Part shown: in pieces, positions 62,319-64,000 of the stretch
How positions within the stretch are numbered: the first letter of the stretch is position 1
Layout of the letters: each line of letters begins with the position of its first letter
Origin: Dehalococcoidia bacterium
Lineage (GTDB): Bacteria > Chloroflexota > Dehalococcoidia > Lucifugimonadales > Australimonadaceae
Length of the DNA stretch: 64,000 bases
Direction: 5' to 3'
Assembly (NCBI GenBank): GCA_965249185.1
Contig: CBDFLS010000002.1
Location: 461,594 to 525,593, forward strand
The notes under the pieces: model-generated
What the model saw: only the letters and a program-made list of their open reading frames with translations
The model's database searches: none
What the model was told of the DNA's origin: nothing
Translations under genes and position numbers: made by a program

Positions 62319-64000
62319 ACAGGTGCGTCTGCAAGGGATACTGGCGCTCCGTGATGAGGCTAGCAGTAAGGTCGAGCGCTTCGGCAAGGGCCTGGACTCC
62401 ATATCCGCGAAGGCCAAGAAGATGGGAGCGGCGCTGACCGCTTTCGGCGCGGCCGGCACATTCGCCTTCCTGAAGCTGTCTCAGGCAGCTCAGGCACAGA
62501 ACATCGGCATCTCCAAGCTCGATGCCGCGCTCCAGAACATAGGGCTCTCATATGCCAGTTTGAAGGGCGAGATAGAGGCTGTCGCCGAGAGCCAGCAGCG
62601 CCTTACGAACTTCGGTGACGAGCAGACCCGCGAGACACTTCAGAAGCTCATAGCGCTTTCGGGTGACTACGAGGACTCCCTGCGAGCCGTCAACACGGTC
62701 ATGGATACTGCTATCGCGCTGGACATCAACCTCGCCTCGGCCACCACACTGATCGGCAGGGGCCTCTCGGGCAACACAGAGCTGTTCAGCCGCTACGGTA
62801 TCGAAATTGAGAAGGGCGCAACCGTGACGGAGCTGCTCACCAAATTGACTAGCCAGTTCGGTGGCGCAGCAGCAGCAGCAGTCGATCCACTCACCCAGAT
62901 GAAAAATAGGCTCGGTGATGTTGCCGAGCTGCTTGGGGACCAGGTGCTCCCATTCGTCAACCAGGCAGCTAACGCCATTGAAAAGATGAGCCGGAAGATA
63001 CTCGAATTGAACCCGACTCTCGTCAAGGTGGCAGTCTTGACACTGGCCGCCGCTTCGGCCTTCGCGCTCATAGCGGGTCCCGTTTTACTGATGGTCGGGT
63101 TCCTGCCGCAGATAGCCAAGGGTTTTGCCCTGGCGACGAAGGGAATCAAATCGTTCTCCGTGGCACTCACAGGGCTCAGGGCTGTGATGGTCACGTTCCT
63201 GATACCGCTCTTGGCAGTCATCGCCGCATATGAAGTGTTGGTGCGGGCGTTGCGTGTGGTCAATGAGGCTCTGAACGCGGTATTGCCCGCGTTTCTGGAA
63301 ATGGATGAGAAAGCACTCAAGACATTGCCGACCGCCACCGAGTTTTTCGCATCGGTGCTCGGGGACCTGAACAACGTCTTAGACGGGACGGTGATCGCGC
63401 TCGACAATGTACGGAAGTCATCCGAGCAGCTCCAGGATGAGTGGATGGTGCTGTTCACCAAGGCGGGCTTAGTGGGTGGCGCTCTGTGGGACACAGCCAA
63501 GGCCAGTGAAGCCTTCGGCCAGGGCGCGGTTCTCTGGATGGATACGGCAGGCCAGTCCTCCCGCATGTTCTTCAACATCTGGGGCGAGGGCTGGGACCGT
63601 TCGCGGCAGGGCATCTCGAACTTCAGTGCCGAATTCGAGCTGTTCCGGGATAGATTCAACAAGACCTTCGGCACAACCTCGATCATCACCGAGATGCCGG
63701 ACATATGGGCCGAGGCATGGGACAAGATAGTCCAGACGGTCAAGCACTCAACCTCCTCGATCATCACCGAGATGCCGGACATATGGGCCGAGGCATGGGA
63801 AGACACAGTCCAGACGGTCAAGCACTCAGTCACCTCCATCCTCAACGCTCTCTCCCAGCTCAGCTTCGGTGAGGCGACCAGTGGGCGCATAGGCGGTCCT
63901 GGCAGCGGACTCCATATCGCCGCTGGTCTGACAGGAGCCTTCTCAGAAGGTGGAGCCATCAACGCTGCTGTCGCTGCGGCTAACGCGGCTATGATTGCAG
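62311..64000 (+). CDS. Tape measure protein (partial, runs off right edge)
   Basis: Own translation from ATG 62311: MPRQVRLQGILALRDEASSKVERFGKGLDSISAKAKKMGAALTAFG.., a central TM cluster (LAAASAFALIAGPVLLMVGFL, VMVTFLIPLLAVIAAY), open to nt 64000. Absent from the ORF track (no stop). Confidence 0.8.
   Translation, partial: MPRQVRLQGILALRDEASSKVERFGKGLDSISAKAKKMGAALTAFGAAGTFAFLKLSQAAQAQNIGISKLDAALQNIGLSYASLKGEIEAVAESQQRLTNFGDEQTRETLQKLIALSGDYEDSLRAVNTVMDTAIALDINLASATTLIGRGLSGNTELFSRYGIEIEKGATVTELLTKLTSQFGGAAAAAVDPLTQMKNRLGDVAELLGDQVLPFVNQAANAIEKMSRKILELNPTLVKVAVLTLAAASAFALIAGPVLLMVGFLPQIAKGFALATKGIKSFSVALTGLRAVMVTFLIPLLAVIAAYEVLVRALRVVNEALNAVLPAFLEMDEKALKTLPTATEFFASVLGDLNNVLDGTVIALDNVRKSSEQLQDEWMVLFTKAGLVGGALWDTAKASEAFGQGAVLWMDTAGQSSRMFFNIWGEGWDRSRQGISNFSAEFELFRDRFNKTFGTTSIITEMPDIWAEAWDKIVQTVKHSTSSIITEMPDIWAEAWEDTVQTVKHSVTSILNALSQLSFGEATSGRIGGPGSGLHIAAGLTGAFSEGGAINAAVAAANAAMIA
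63679..63834 (+). repeat. Tandem 78-nt (26-codon) duplication inside the tape measure gene
   Basis: TCGATCATCACCGAGATGCCGGACATATGGGCCGAGGCATGGGA...GTCCAGACGGTCAAGCACTCA occurs at 63679 and again at 63757 (SIITEMPDIWAEAW[DK/ED][I/T]VQTVKHS). Confidence 0.9.

Larger units (their letters stand above)
37440..64000. mobile_element. Integrated HK97-like siphovirus-type prophage (left end near 37.44 kb; right end beyond window)
   Basis: Abrupt GC drop at about 37440. Repressor/cro/tyrosine integrase, then early genes, HNH-TerS-TerL-portal-S49 protease-HK97 capsid-connector-tail-G/GT-tape measure, all on the plus strand with tight or overlapping junctions. Confidence 0.9.

Overview
High-GC (roughly 65%) bacterial chromosomal segment. 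All calls rest on reading the ORF translations and the DNA by eye; no searches were run. Nt 1-37,430 is core chromosome. It carries ileS (partial) behind a T-box leader and the rpmH-rnpA-yidD-yidC-jag cluster, which is interrupted by a PQQ-propeller lipoprotein gene. It also carries tlyA, a FIST sensor gene followed by a ~1-kb tandem array of 122/132-nt units, and a greA-like/pyrD/wHTH operon. Further along are ftsH, a selenocysteine-containing selD (in-frame UGA at 14713) next to a JAMM protease, and a PDZ lipoprotein gene. An ilvB-ilvN-ilvC-leuA-leuC-leuD-leuB operon sits behind a second T-box-type leader and is interrupted by an RmuC-like remnant. The rest of the core is CPBP-trpA-aroH-DAHP synthase, ribF, tyrS, an orphan nuoA behind a NarI/HdrD-like Fe-S oxidoreductase, and an arsR-SRPBCC-VOC cassette. 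Several short dispersed repeat families sit in intergenic regions. T-box use and the repeat style suggest a Chloroflexota-like organism; this is inference only. From about 37,440 to the right window edge lies an integrated HK97-like siphovirus-type prophage, incomplete in this window. Its order is: repressor + lipoprotein, cro-like gene + tyrosine integrase, about 8 kb of early genes, then the packaging, head and tail genes. The early genes include DUF5131/Gp37-Gp68, a ParB-like nuclease, a MazG-like protein and a 591-aa C5 methyltransferase with six tandem PLPT modules. The late genes are HNH, TerS, TerL, portal, S49 protease, HK97 capsid, connector, tail, G/GT chaperone and a partial tape measure. 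No CRISPR, rRNA or tRNA was found. The most unusual items are the MIRU-like tandem array at 8684-9680, the six-module methyltransferase with its neighbouring candidate DNA-modification/anti-restriction genes, the repressor-coupled lipoprotein, the Sec-selD, and a start-less coding frame at 58104-58331. I cannot point to a clearly novel multi-gene system with confidence.
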